A stretch of 64,000 bases of DNA from Flavobacteriales bacterium (GTDB lineage Bacteria > Bacteroidota > Bacteroidia > Flavobacteriales_F > PHOS-HE28). Below are positions 50,959 to 60,300 of the stretch, in pieces; the stretch's first letter is position 1, and each line of letters begins with the position of its first letter. Position numbers and translations under genes: made by a program. Location of the stretch: assembly GCA_016788485.1 (NCBI GenBank), contig JAEUSV010000091.1, positions 138 to 64,137 of the forward strand, written 5' to 3'. The notes beneath the pieces were generated by a model. That model was not told the DNA's origin. It saw nothing but the letters and a program-made list of their open reading frames with translations, and searched no databases.

Positions 50959-51867
50959 CTAGGGCTCCTGCTTCTGCGCGATGTAGAGCGAGCTGGATGT
51001 CGGGCGGTCCGAGGCAAGGGCAAGGAGGTTGGACCAGGCTCCTACTAGGGTGCCTTTGAGCAGTGCGGTGATCGGTCCTGCGCCGCGATGTTGTTCGGTG
51101 AGCATGCTGATGTAGGGTGCGTCGAACCACATGGGGCGCACCGCTTTCAAAGCGAAGCCATGTTCTTGGAAGAGCCGATTCATGTCGCTCCTGCGCAGGT
51201 GGTTCAAATGCCTGGGTACGTCGAGTGCGGCCCAGTCGGATCCGTAGTGTGTGGCATCCCAGCTCTCGCGGTCCGGTACCGCGATGAACAGGAAGCCCCT
51301 GTCCGCCATCACGCTGTAGAGCTTTTTGAGGGTGCGACGCAGGTCTGGAACGTGTTCGAGCACGTGCCACATGGTCACCACGTGGAATTGCTCAGCGGAG
51401 GGTATCTGGTCGAGGTTGGGCAGCACTTCGGCGGCTTGGTCGGCTATGGCTTGACCGCGTGCGCCGGTGTCTGGCTCCACTCCTGTTACGAGGTAGCCAT
51501 GTGCTTTCATGTGGCCAATGAACTGGCCTGTGCCACATCCCACATCGAGCAGACGGCCGTTGGGGCGGTACCTGGAAATGAGTTTGCGCTTCGCCTCCAG
51601 CGCTCGACGACGCACCACTTGGTAGAGCTTGTCCTGGAATGTGGCCGATGCGTTGGTGTGGGAGATGTAGCTGTTTGACCGATAGTAGCTTCCGATGCTG
51701 TTCTGGTCCGGTCGCGGGTTGGTGAACCACGCCTTGCAGTCAGGACATTCGGCAATGGTGAAAGTCTCCTGGCTCACGGTGTGGTCTCTCGCCCGGAGTA
51801 CAGGTTGGAGCGGACTGGCGCCACAGATGGCGCAGCTGGTGATGCTTTCGAGTACGGTGTGTTCCAC
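50959..51867 (-). CDS. class I SAM-dependent methyltransferase with an N-terminal zinc ribbon
   Basis: CAICG...CPDC is followed by LLDVGCGTGQF (motif I). The apparent GTG start lies inside the palindrome at 51861-51874. Confidence 0.8.
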   Translation of the reverse strand: MEHTVLESITSCAICGASPLQPVLRARDHTVSQETFTIAECPDCKAWFTNPRPDQNSIGSYYRSNSYISHTNASATFQDKLYQVVRRRALEAKRKLISRYRPNGRLLDVGCGTGQFIGHMKAHGYLVTGVEPDTGARGQAIADQAAEVLPNLDQIPSAEQFHVVTMWHVLEHVPDLRRTLKKLYSVMADRGFLFIAVPDRESWDATHYGSDWAALDVPRHLNHLRRSDMNRLFQEHGFALKAVRPMWFDAPYISMLTEQHRGAGPITALLKGTLVGAWSNLLALASDRPTSSSLYIAQKQEP

Positions 51868-51874
51868 GTGGAAC
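51861..51874. repeat. palindrome GTTCCACGTGGAAC, copy 1
   Basis: A perfect 14-bp palindrome in the 18-nt mnmG/methyltransferase spacer. The 19-mer TGTTCCACGTGGAACGATC is shared with copy 2. Confidence 0.9.
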
Positions 51875-51885
51875 GATCGGTTTTT

Positions 51886-53766
51886 TCAGCGGCCGAGGTA
51901 GACCATCAGAACGCTCAGGTCGGCGGGTGATACCCCGCTGATCCGGGATGCCTGGCCAAGGGTGGCGGGACGGATCTTATTGAGCTTTTGGCGGGCCTCG
52001 ATGCTGAGTGAGGTGAGTTTCTCGTAGTCGGTTTCAAGATCAAGCGGTACCTCGTCAAGGCGAGTGAGTCGCTCTGCGAGCTCTCGTTCCTTGGAAAGGT
52101 ACCCTTCGTATTTGACGTTGATCTCGATCTGTTCGCAGACCTCGTTCTTAAGGTCTCCGATGGCGGCAAGTGCGGTTTCTGTTTGGGGTGCCAGGGCCAG
52201 TATCGCATGCATGTCGAGCTGCGGCCGTGTGAGCAGTTCGTAGGCGCGCACCTTCTGGCGTACGGGGGTTGTTCCACGTGGAACGATCAGTTCATTGGCG
52301 CTTTCTGGGCTTACGCTTTCGTGCTGCAGGGCGTTGACGATGGCGTGGATGTGCTGGTTCTTCGACTCGACCCGGGCCATGCGTTCGTCGCTGGCCAGGC
52401 CGATGGTGTGGGCTCTGGGTGTAAGTCGGAGGTCGGCGTTATCCTGGCGAAGCAGGATCCGGAATTCCGCCCTGCTGGTGAACATCCGGTAAGGCTCCTC
52501 CGTGCCCTTGGTGATGAGGTCGTCGATGAGCACGCCGATGTACGCCTCGTCGCGGCCAAGAATGAGGGGTTCCTTCTCCTTGAGCTTCAGGCTGGCGTTG
52601 ATGCCGGCCATGAGCCCTTGGCATGCCGCTTCCTCATAGCCGGTGGTGCCGTTGATCTGCCCTGCGAAATAGAGGTTCTCTACAAGCTTTGTCTCCAGGG
52701 TGTGCTTGAGCTGGGTGGGGGGGAAGTAGTCGTACTCCACTGCATAGCCCGGCCTGAACATGCGCGCATTGGCGAAGCCCGGAATCCTGCGCAGGGCTGC
52801 GAGTTGCACCTCTTCGGGCAGGCTTGTGCTGAATCCGTTGATGTAGGTTTCGACGGTGTTCCAGCCCTCCGGCTCTACGAAGACCTGGTGGCGGTCCTTG
52901 TCGGCGAAGCGGTCGATCTTGTCCTCTATGCTCGGGCAATAGCGCGGTCCAAGGCCCCTGATGCGTCCATTGAACATCGGGCTCCTGTCGAAGCCGGTCC
53001 GGAGAATATCGTGGACCTCGGGCGAGGTGTAGGTCATCCAGCAGCTGAGCTGGCGCTCAAGCGGTCGGGTGGTGGGGGAGAAGCTGAACTTGCCTGGGTT
53101 GGTGTCTCCGGGCTGCTCTTCCATCTGGCTGTAGTCCAAGCTACGCCCGTCCACTCTGGGGGGTGTCCCGGTCTTCATGCGGCCGGCCTGAAAGCCGAGC
53201 TCGGTGAGCTGCTCGGTGATGCCATGGCTGGCTTTCTCGCCAGCCCTGCCTCCCCCGATCTGCCGCTCGCCGATGTGCATCACCCCGTTCATGAAGGTGC
53301 CGCTTGTGAGCACAACCGCGCGACCGGGGATGGTGTTGCCCAGGCTGGTGCGGACCCCTACGACCTGGTTGTTCCTGACCACGATGCCGGTAACGTTGTC
53401 CTGCCAGAAATGGACGTTGGGCGTTCGCTCCAACATCAGGCGCCATTCATGGGCGAAGAGGTTGCGGTCGTTCTGGGTGCGGGGGCTCCACATGGCGGGG
53501 CCCTTGCTCCGGTTCAGCATCCGGAACTGGATGGCGCTCCGGTCGCTCACGATGCCTGAGTAGCCCCCTAGGGCGTCGATCTCCCGTACGATCTGCCCCT
53601 TGGCCACGCCCCCCATGGCGGGGTTGCAGCTCATCTGCCCGATGACTCCCATGTTCATGGTGATCATCAGTACGCGGCTACCCAGGTTGGCTGCTGCCGC
53701 TGCTGCCTCGTTGCCTGCGTGGCCCCCGCCGACGATGATCACATCATAGGCCTCGTGCATGCTCAT
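51886..53766 (-). CDS. mnmG: tRNA uridine 5-carboxymethylaminomethyl modification enzyme MnmG (GidA)
   Basis: [41 protein letters not shown], and a C-terminal GVSPADL. Confidence 0.95.
   Translation of the reverse strand: MSMHEAYDVIIVGGGHAGNEAAAAAANLGSRVLMITMNMGVIGQMSCNPAMGGVAKGQIVREIDALGGYSGIVSDRSAIQFRMLNRSKGPAMWSPRTQNDRNLFAHEWRLMLERTPNVHFWQDNVTGIVVRNNQVVGVRTSLGNTIPGRAVVLTSGTFMNGVMHIGERQIGGGRAGEKASHGITEQLTELGFQAGRMKTGTPPRVDGRSLDYSQMEEQPGDTNPGKFSFSPTTRPLERQLSCWMTYTSPEVHDILRTGFDRSPMFNGRIRGLGPRYCPSIEDKIDRFADKDRHQVFVEPEGWNTVETYINGFSTSLPEEVQLAALRRIPGFANARMFRPGYAVEYDYFPPTQLKHTLETKLVENLYFAGQINGTTGYEEAACQGLMAGINASLKLKEKEPLILGRDEAYIGVLIDDLITKGTEEPYRMFTSRAEFRILLRQDNADLRLTPRAHTIGLASDERMARVESKNQHIHAIVNALQHESVSPESANELIVPRGTTPVRQKVRAYELLTRPQLDMHAILALAPQTETALAAIGDLKNEVCEQIEINVKYEGYLSKERELAERLTRLDEVPLDLETDYEKLTSLSIEARQKLNKIRPATLGQASRISGVSPADLSVLMVYLGR
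52271..52284. repeat. palindrome GTTCCACGTGGAAC, copy 2 (inside the mnmG coding sequence)
   Basis: It encodes IVPRGTT in the variable C-terminal region of MnmG. Confidence 0.9.
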
Positions 53767-53788
53767 GGTTGACTCCTTGTTTCGTTGT

Positions 53789-53802
53789 GTTCCACGTGGA
53801 AC
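53789..53802. repeat. palindrome GTTCCACGTGGAAC, copy 3
   Basis: 23 nt upstream of the mnmG ATG. It shares the TGTGTTCCACGTGGAAC context with copy 1. Confidence 0.9.
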
Positions 53803-54040
53803 CTTGGCGCGGATCCTTGATCTTCAGGAGATTAACTCGTTCCTGTAGGTGTAGGTTCCATGGACGCAGCAAAGTTAGTGGTCATGTTGCAGGTACTTCG
53901 ATGCTTCGGCCCAATGGCGAGCTCTTCGAACACCTTATCAAGGATCCATTCACAGCCTGCTCCCAGTGTTCCACACATGCGACGCCAAGGTTGGCATGGC
54001 TTGCAAGGCCATTTTCCCGCCGGTTGGATAGTTTTCCACC

Positions 54041-55543
54041 ATGCAGCGCAGATCCCGGTCGTTGATAGCCATTTGGGCCCTGATGGGAGCCTTGTTCTCC
54101 GTTCTCACCGCCTGTGGTCCGGGCGGTGCCCACAAGGGAGCCGGCTCGGCGCCCCCAGAGCCCTCGGGGCCCGATAACCTGGCCTACCGCTGGGCATCGG
54201 TTGTGCTGGAAGGAACGGCCAACGACACGGAGCGCAACCGGCCGCGGCCTCCGGTGAACAGCCGCATGGTGGCCCTGCCCATGATCGCCATGTTCGATGC
54301 GTGGAGCCGCTTCGACAGCGTGGCCGTGCCCGTGTACTTGCGGAATGTGGAACGGCGGCCCTTGCCGGAGCGGTTACTTCGCGGCAAGGAAGCGGCCATC
54401 AGCTATGCGGCCTGCCGGGTGCTGCAGGAGGTATACCCTGCCGACTCGGCCCTGTTCGCCCAGCGGCTGAAGGAGTTCGGCTTCGACCCCACCGACCGCT
54501 CCACCGACCCCTCCACCGCCGTGGGCATCGGCAACCTGGCGGCGAGGGCCGTGCTCGATGCGCGGCACCACGATGGCAGCAACATGTACGGTGACGAGCC
54601 CGGTGCTGATACCCTGTACGGGGACTACACCCACTACAAGCCGGTGAATCCACCTGAGCGCATCAACGACATCGACCGCTGGCAGCCGAAGTACTTCGTG
54701 AGGGAGAAGGATGGCCATCGGTTCGCACCGGGTTGCCTGGCCCCGCACTGGGGCCACGTGCGGCCCTTCGCCCTGGACAGTGCCGCTCAGTTCCGGCCCC
54801 CGCCGCCGCCCCGCATGGGCGATACCCTGCTGGAACGGGAGGTGCGTCAGGTGGTGGCCCTGCAGGCCGCGCTCACCAACGAGCAGAAGGCGCTGGTGGA
54901 GTTCATGCGCGATGGTCCGCGCAGCGTCCAGCAGGCGGGCCACTGGCTCATTTTCAGCCGCGATGTGAGCGTGCGCGACAAGCACACCTTGGACCAGGAC
55001 GTGCAGATGTACTTCGTGGTCACCACCACGGCCATGGACTGCTTCATCGCCTGCTGGGACGCCAAGATGTTCTACGACAACAGCCGCCCGTACCAGCAGG
55101 TGCATGCCTTGATGGGGGAGGAGGACATCGTGGGGTGGGGTGGTCCGCACAAGGGCATGGTGAAGATGAAGGGCAGGCAATGGCGCCCCTACTCCCCTGA
55201 CAGTTTCCTGTGCCCACCGTTCCCGGCTTATCCCAGCGGGCACAGCACGGTGAGCGGAGGATGCAGCAGGGCGCTGGAGCTGTTCACGGGGAGCGATGCG
55301 TACGGCGTGAACGTACGCTTACTGCCCGGCTGGCTCACCGAGCCCGGCATCACCCAGGACAGCGTCACGCTCAGCTTCCCCACCTTCAGCTCAACGGCCG
55401 AACAGGCCGGATGGAGCCGGGTGCTCGGCGGCTATCACATCCAGACGGACAATGTGGCCGGGCTGGAACTGGGCCGGCGCGTGGCCGATGTGGTGTACGC
55501 CAAGTGCCGGGCGCACATCGATGGCACGGTGGAGCCGCACTGA
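54041..55543 (+). CDS. PAP2-superfamily / vanadium-dependent haloperoxidase-like protein, secreted
   Basis: Lipoprotein-type signal (LFSVLTAC). The C-terminal motifs PPFPAYPSGHST and GGYHIQTDN are characteristic of the acid phosphatase/haloperoxidase fold. Confidence 0.8.
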   Translation: MQRRSRSLIAIWALMGALFSVLTACGPGGAHKGAGSAPPEPSGPDNLAYRWASVVLEGTANDTERNRPRPPVNSRMVALPMIAMFDAWSRFDSVAVPVYLRNVERRPLPERLLRGKEAAISYAACRVLQEVYPADSALFAQRLKEFGFDPTDRSTDPSTAVGIGNLAARAVLDARHHDGSNMYGDEPGADTLYGDYTHYKPVNPPERINDIDRWQPKYFVREKDGHRFAPGCLAPHWGHVRPFALDSAAQFRPPPPPRMGDTLLEREVRQVVALQAALTNEQKALVEFMRDGPRSVQQAGHWLIFSRDVSVRDKHTLDQDVQMYFVVTTTAMDCFIACWDAKMFYDNSRPYQQVHALMGEEDIVGWGGPHKGMVKMKGRQWRPYSPDSFLCPPFPAYPSGHSTVSGGCSRALELFTGSDAYGVNVRLLPGWLTEPGITQDSVTLSFPTFSSTAEQAGWSRVLGGYHIQTDNVAGLELGRRVADVVYAKCRAHIDGTVEPH

Positions 55544-55621
55544 CCGCGCTCGCTCCTGTTCCGCAGCGGGCGCTGTATCTTTCAGCGTTCGATCGCGTAC
55601 CACGCCCATATTCACCGGACC

Positions 55622-56497
55622 ATGGAGGTAAAGAAGGTCGATGCGTCGGAGATCACTCCGGAGCAGTTCTACGAGGAGCATTGGAAGCCCGGCATCCCGC
55701 TGGTGTTCAAGAACGCCACCAAAGTGTGGGGTGCCTACAATACGTGGACGCCGGATTTCTTCCGGTCGCGTTTCGGCGATCGCCGCACGGTGGTCGATGG
55801 CAAGGAGTACACCATGCGCGAGATCTTCGACCTGGTGGAGGGCAAGGACACGAGCCGCCCCGTTCCATACCCGTGCAAGTACCACATCCCCACCCAACTG
55901 CCCGAACTGGTGGACATGGTGAAGCCCGTGAACCTGGGGTTCGCCCAGCCCAACTGGCTGGAGAGCTCGTGGTTCAAGCGGGGCTACTGGGGCAGCGCAC
56001 TGGAGCTGTTCATCGGCGGTCCCGGCGGCAAGTTCCCCTATGTGCACATCGACTACTACCACCTTAGCGCCTGGGTGAACCAGCTCTACGGCCACAAGCA
56101 GTTCACGGTGTGGCCGCGCGGCCAGGACGAGTGCATGTACCCCGAGCCGGGCGACCGCTGGAAGAGCTCGATCCCCGACATCGAGAACGTCGACCTGAAC
56201 AAGTACCCGAAGTACCGCAACGCCACACCGATCACCTTCGTGGTGGGGCCGGGCGAGACCCTCTACATCCCCGTGGGCATCTGGCATACAGCCAAGAACC
56301 TGGAGCCCACCATCTCGGTGGCCTTCGACCTGCTGAACGCGGAGAACTTCCCGGCCTTCCTGAAGGACGTCTGGGGCTTCAAGCGGCGGGAAAGCCTGGG
56401 AAAGGCCATCGCGGCCACGGGATACGCGGCCGTGGGTGGGGCGCTATGCCGGATGGGCGATGCCTTCGGCGTGAAGCGCGACCCGATGCACAACTGA
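55622..56497 (+). CDS. JmjC/cupin-like domain protein (cupin_8-like)
   Basis: ITPEQFYEEHWKPGIPLVFKN, H.D......W..Q..G.K....W, and GETLYIP.GWWH-like (GETLYIPVGIWH). Confidence 0.75.
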   Translation: MEVKKVDASEITPEQFYEEHWKPGIPLVFKNATKVWGAYNTWTPDFFRSRFGDRRTVVDGKEYTMREIFDLVEGKDTSRPVPYPCKYHIPTQLPELVDMVKPVNLGFAQPNWLESSWFKRGYWGSALELFIGGPGGKFPYVHIDYYHLSAWVNQLYGHKQFTVWPRGQDECMYPEPGDRWKSSIPDIENVDLNKYPKYRNATPITFVVGPGETLYIPVGIWHTAKNLEPTISVAFDLLNAENFPAFLKDVWGFKRRESLGKAIAATGYAAVGGALCRMGDAFGVKRDPMHN

Positions 56498-56501
56498 CCC
56501 C

Positions 56502-56927
56502 TCAGTAGCGGGCGAGGTACTTGTCCTCCAGGGCCTGCATGGCCGCGCGCTTGGCCTTGCTCTTGTCGCTATGCCCCAGCAGGTGCAGCAGGCCATGCAC
56601 CATCACGCGCCGCAGCTCGTGCTGGGCGCTGACACCGTAGGTGGCCGCGTTCTCGCGGATGCGGTCGAGGCTCATGAGCACATCGCCGCTCACCCCGTTG
56701 TTGCTCTCCACCGGGAAGGTGATCACGTCCGTGTAGTCGTCATGCTGCAGGAAATCGCGGTTGTAGCGCAGCAGCGCCTTGTCGCTCATGAGCACGAAGG
56801 ACACGGTGTCGATGCGCGTGCCATGGTCCTGGGCCACGCGGAAGAGCCAGGTGCGCAACCGCTCGCGATCGCGGAACACGTTGGGGACCTCCTGCACGAT
56901 GAAACCGATGGTGCCGGAGGTGGGCAT
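56502..56927 (-). CDS. ybeY: rRNA maturation endoribonuclease YbeY
   Basis: It carries the zinc-binding motif HGLLHLLGHSD. Confidence 0.95.
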   Translation of the reverse strand: MPTSGTIGFIVQEVPNVFRDRERLRTWLFRVAQDHGTRIDTVSFVLMSDKALLRYNRDFLQHDDYTDVITFPVESNNGVSGDVLMSLDRIRENAATYGVSAQHELRRVMVHGLLHLLGHSDKSKAKRAAMQALEDKYLARY

Positions 56928-56931
56928 GGGA

Positions 56932-57369
56932 CTACTCCTTGACGGGTTGAAGGCTGAACGCCATGGCCACCGTGGCCCCGTTGTCGCTGAACTCCACGCT
57001 GTCCGCCAGCGCGCGCATGAGGAACACGCCGCGGCCGTGGGGCTTCTCGATGTTCTCCGGATCGGTGGGGTCGGGCAGGCTGTTGAAATCGAAGCCCGGA
57101 CCCTGATCGCTCACCACGAACACGATCTTCTCGCCCTTCACCTCGTAGCCGAGGGTCACCTGCTTGGAGGGGTCGAGGCGGTTGCCGTGGTGGATGGCAT
57201 TGTTCACCGCCTCGGTGAGGGCGATGAGGATGTTGCCGTAATGCGACTCGTGCACGTTGTGCTTCTGGCAGGCCTCATCGATGAGCTTTTCCGCGAGGGC
57301 GATGTTCTCGGCCTTGGCGGGGAACTCGATGCGCTGCGTGAACTGTACGTCCTCGATCAGGGCTCCCAT
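56932..57369 (-). CDS. RsbW/SpoIIAB-like anti-sigma serine kinase (HATPase_c_2)
   Basis: ALTEAVNNAIHHGN (N-box), SDQGPGF (G1), and HGRGVFLM. Confidence 0.75.
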   Translation of the reverse strand: MGALIEDVQFTQRIEFPAKAENIALAEKLIDEACQKHNVHESHYGNILIALTEAVNNAIHHGNRLDPSKQVTLGYEVKGEKIVFVVSDQGPGFDFNSLPDPTDPENIEKPHGRGVFLMRALADSVEFSDNGATVAMAFSLQPVKE

Positions 57370-57377
57370 CAGCGTTC

Positions 57378-60300
57378 TCAGGGTCGGTCAAATGTATCGA
57401 AATACTCGTTGACCCGCTCCTTGTAGTACGGCTTCAATCCGGCGGGGACGGTTCGCAGCAGTTCCGTTTCGCGCTGCTTGGTGCGGTGGTGCTCGAAGAA
57501 GCGTGCGGGATCCTCGTGCGGCACATCGCGCCCTTCGGTGCTCTGGCGCTTCTGGTCGAGCTCCCGTTCGCGCTCGGCCTTTTCGGCCTCCAGCAGGCGC
57601 ACCATGATGTCCTGCTGCCGCCGCAGGGTCTCTGGCGTGATGTTCTTGTTCACGATGTCCTTCTCGTTCTTCTCCATCTCCTCGGCGAGCTTGTTGAGCC
57701 CATTGCCCGAGCCGCTCCCGTCCTTGTTGAGCTCCTGGGCCATGCGCTGCATCTCCTTGCGGATGGCGGCCTGTTGCGCGGCGAGCTGGGCCAGCTGCTG
57801 GCTCATGCCAGGTCCCATGCCGCCCGGGTTCTTCTCACCCGGCTTGGGCCCCTGTTGCTTGCCGCCCTTCTCCATGGCCTTCCTCATCTCCTCCAGCTGC
57901 TTCTGAAGGGCCTGTTGCTGGGCCTTCATCTTGGCCATGCTCGGCTTCTTGCCGCTGCCCATGCCGCTTCCGCCGGGCTTGTTACAGGAGCCGCTGCCGG
58001 GCTTGCCGCTCTGCTGTTGCTGCTGCTGCATCTGGCGCAGGGCCTCCTCCAACAGCAGGGCCAGGTTGTTCAGGCTGGTCATGGCGCGCTGCTGCTTGTC
58101 GGCGGCCACGGGCTTCTCCCGCTCGTTGGCGCGGCTGCCGTTGATGCGCTCCATGGCCTCGTCCATGTTGGCGTTCACGGCGTTCATCTCGCGGTTCACC
58201 GTGGCCTGCAGCTGCGGAACGCGCTTGCTGAGGGCGAAGAGCGAGTCCTCGACCACGCGGGCATCGTCGCGCAGTTTCTTCTGGGTGCGGCCCAGGTCCA
58301 CCAGGTGGGGGTCGCGCGCGCCGGTGCGCTGCAGGTCGGCCATGGTGGCCTCCTGCTCCAGGCTCAGGTGCACGATGTTCTCCAGCAGCTGACGCAGGGC
58401 GTCCATGTCCTCCTCGGCCTGCTCCTGCTGGTCCTGTTGCATGGCGCTCTTCATCTGGAAGGCCATCTGCTCCATCTGCTCGCCGGCCTTCTTCTGGCTG
58501 TCGCCGGCCTTCTGCTTCTGGTCCTTCTGCAGCTGCTCACTGCTCTGCTGCTGCTGTTGTTGGATGTCCTGCTCCTGCTGCTCGGTCTTGGGCAGCTCCA
58601 TGGGGTCCTGCAGCTCCTCGTTCTTCTTCTCCAGCTCGTCCAGCTCCTTCCGCACGTCCTCGAAGGCCTTGTTCAGTTCCTCCTGTTTCTTCTGCAGCTC
58701 TTCCTTGGGGGTATCGCCGGCCTTGGTCTCCTCGGATAGTTTCTTCTGCTCCTCGGCGAGCTTCTCCAGCTGGTCGGCGATGTCTTGGGCCTTCTGCTCC
58801 ACCTCCATCTGCTTGAACTGCTCCAGCGCACGGTCCAGCTCCTTCTCGATGTCCTCCTGGCCGAGCTTCATGTCCTTCATCTGCTCCTGGAGCTTCTCCT
58901 TGTCGAGCTTCTCGAGCATCTCCTGCACCTGCTTGTAGAGCTCCTTCATCTCCTCGTTGAGCACGTTCTCGAAGAGCTCCTGCACCTGTTGCTGCTTCTC
59001 GAGCAGGCGCTCGTCCATCTGGCGGTACTCCTGCTGTTCGGTGCGCTGCTGCTCGAGCTTCTGCGTGGTGTTCTCGATGCGCTGCTGCAGCTGCTTCTGC
59101 CGGTCGAGCACGTTCTGCAGCTTCTGCTGGTCCTGCCAGTTGAGCTCCTTTTTGTCGAGCATCTCGCGGCGCAGCTTGTCGAGCTCGCGTTGCAGGTCCT
59201 GCGCCTCGCGGATGCCCTGTTCGAGCTCCTTCTTGATCTGCTCGCCCTGCTGGTCCTGCTTCTCGGACAGCTCCTTGAGGGTGGGGGCCTCGAACACCTG
59301 CAGGCCGCTGCGCGCGCTCTTGCTGCCGTTCACGCCGTCGTTGTCCCACACCTCGAACCAGTACTCCAACCGGTCGCCCGGCGCGAGGGTGAGCGTGGAG
59401 ATGTCCCAGCCGTGGAAGAACTGCTGCCGGGTGTTGCGCGGGTCGATGCCCAGCTCGACCGTGCGTTCGCGCGCATCAGCCGCCACGCTGTCACCGCCCT
59501 GCGCGAAGCGGTAGTGGAAGAGCAGGCGCTTGAAGCCGTGGTCGTCGCCGATGTCGCCCTTGAAGTACAGGCGCTTGGGCGCGGTGCTGTCGGCCTTCTG
59601 CTCCACCAGGATGGTGGGGTGCAGGTCGGGCACCACGTCGATGTGGTACTGCAGCGGAGCGCTGGCCTGGCGGTCGCCCTTGGCGGGGACCATGCGGTAG
59701 GTGCGGCTCTGCAACAGGCGCCGGCTGGCGGTGAAGCGGTCCTCGCCCTGGGGCCGCAGGCTGTAGGTGGTGTCGTCGAACGCGAGCTCGAGCACATCGG
59801 CGCTGCGCGTGGTGGCCGTCCAGGTGATGCGCGTGCCGGCGGGCACCTGGGCATCGCCGGTGTTGCCGCGCTGCTCGGTGGGCATGCCCAAGTAGGCCGG
59901 GTACTCGAGCTTCATGGCCAGGTCGAGCACCAGGGGGTCGGGCACGGTGATCAGGGTGCGCTCCACCGATCGGAACCCTTCAGCCTCCAGGTGGAAGGTG
60001 ATGGGGTCGTGCACGTTGCGGAAGCGGTGGGTGAAGCGCGTGGCGTCCTGCTTCACCAGGGGTACACGCACGCCGTCCACCACCACCTCGGCCTGTTGCG
60101 GCACCACGGCGCCCCTGAGCTCCACCTGCAGCTCGAAGTCCTGGTCCTCGGGCACGGCGAGCGTGTCGTTGAGCACCACGAAGTCGAAGGGGGCCTCGGG
60201 GGCGAACTCGCGGGTGTGGGCGAGCAGGCGCTCCGTGGGCCCGGTGATGAGGCTGGGCGCCGCGAAGAGCAGCACCACGAGCACGGCCAGCGGAGGCAGG

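Noticed and set aside
57900-59300. Repetitive CAGCAG/CTGCTG/GAAGAA-rich DNA, considered as a tandem repeat or CRISPR-like array.
   Set aside because: There is no fixed repeat unit or spacer structure. The periodicity is codon-level and comes from the Gln/Glu/Lys coiled-coil coding sequence.
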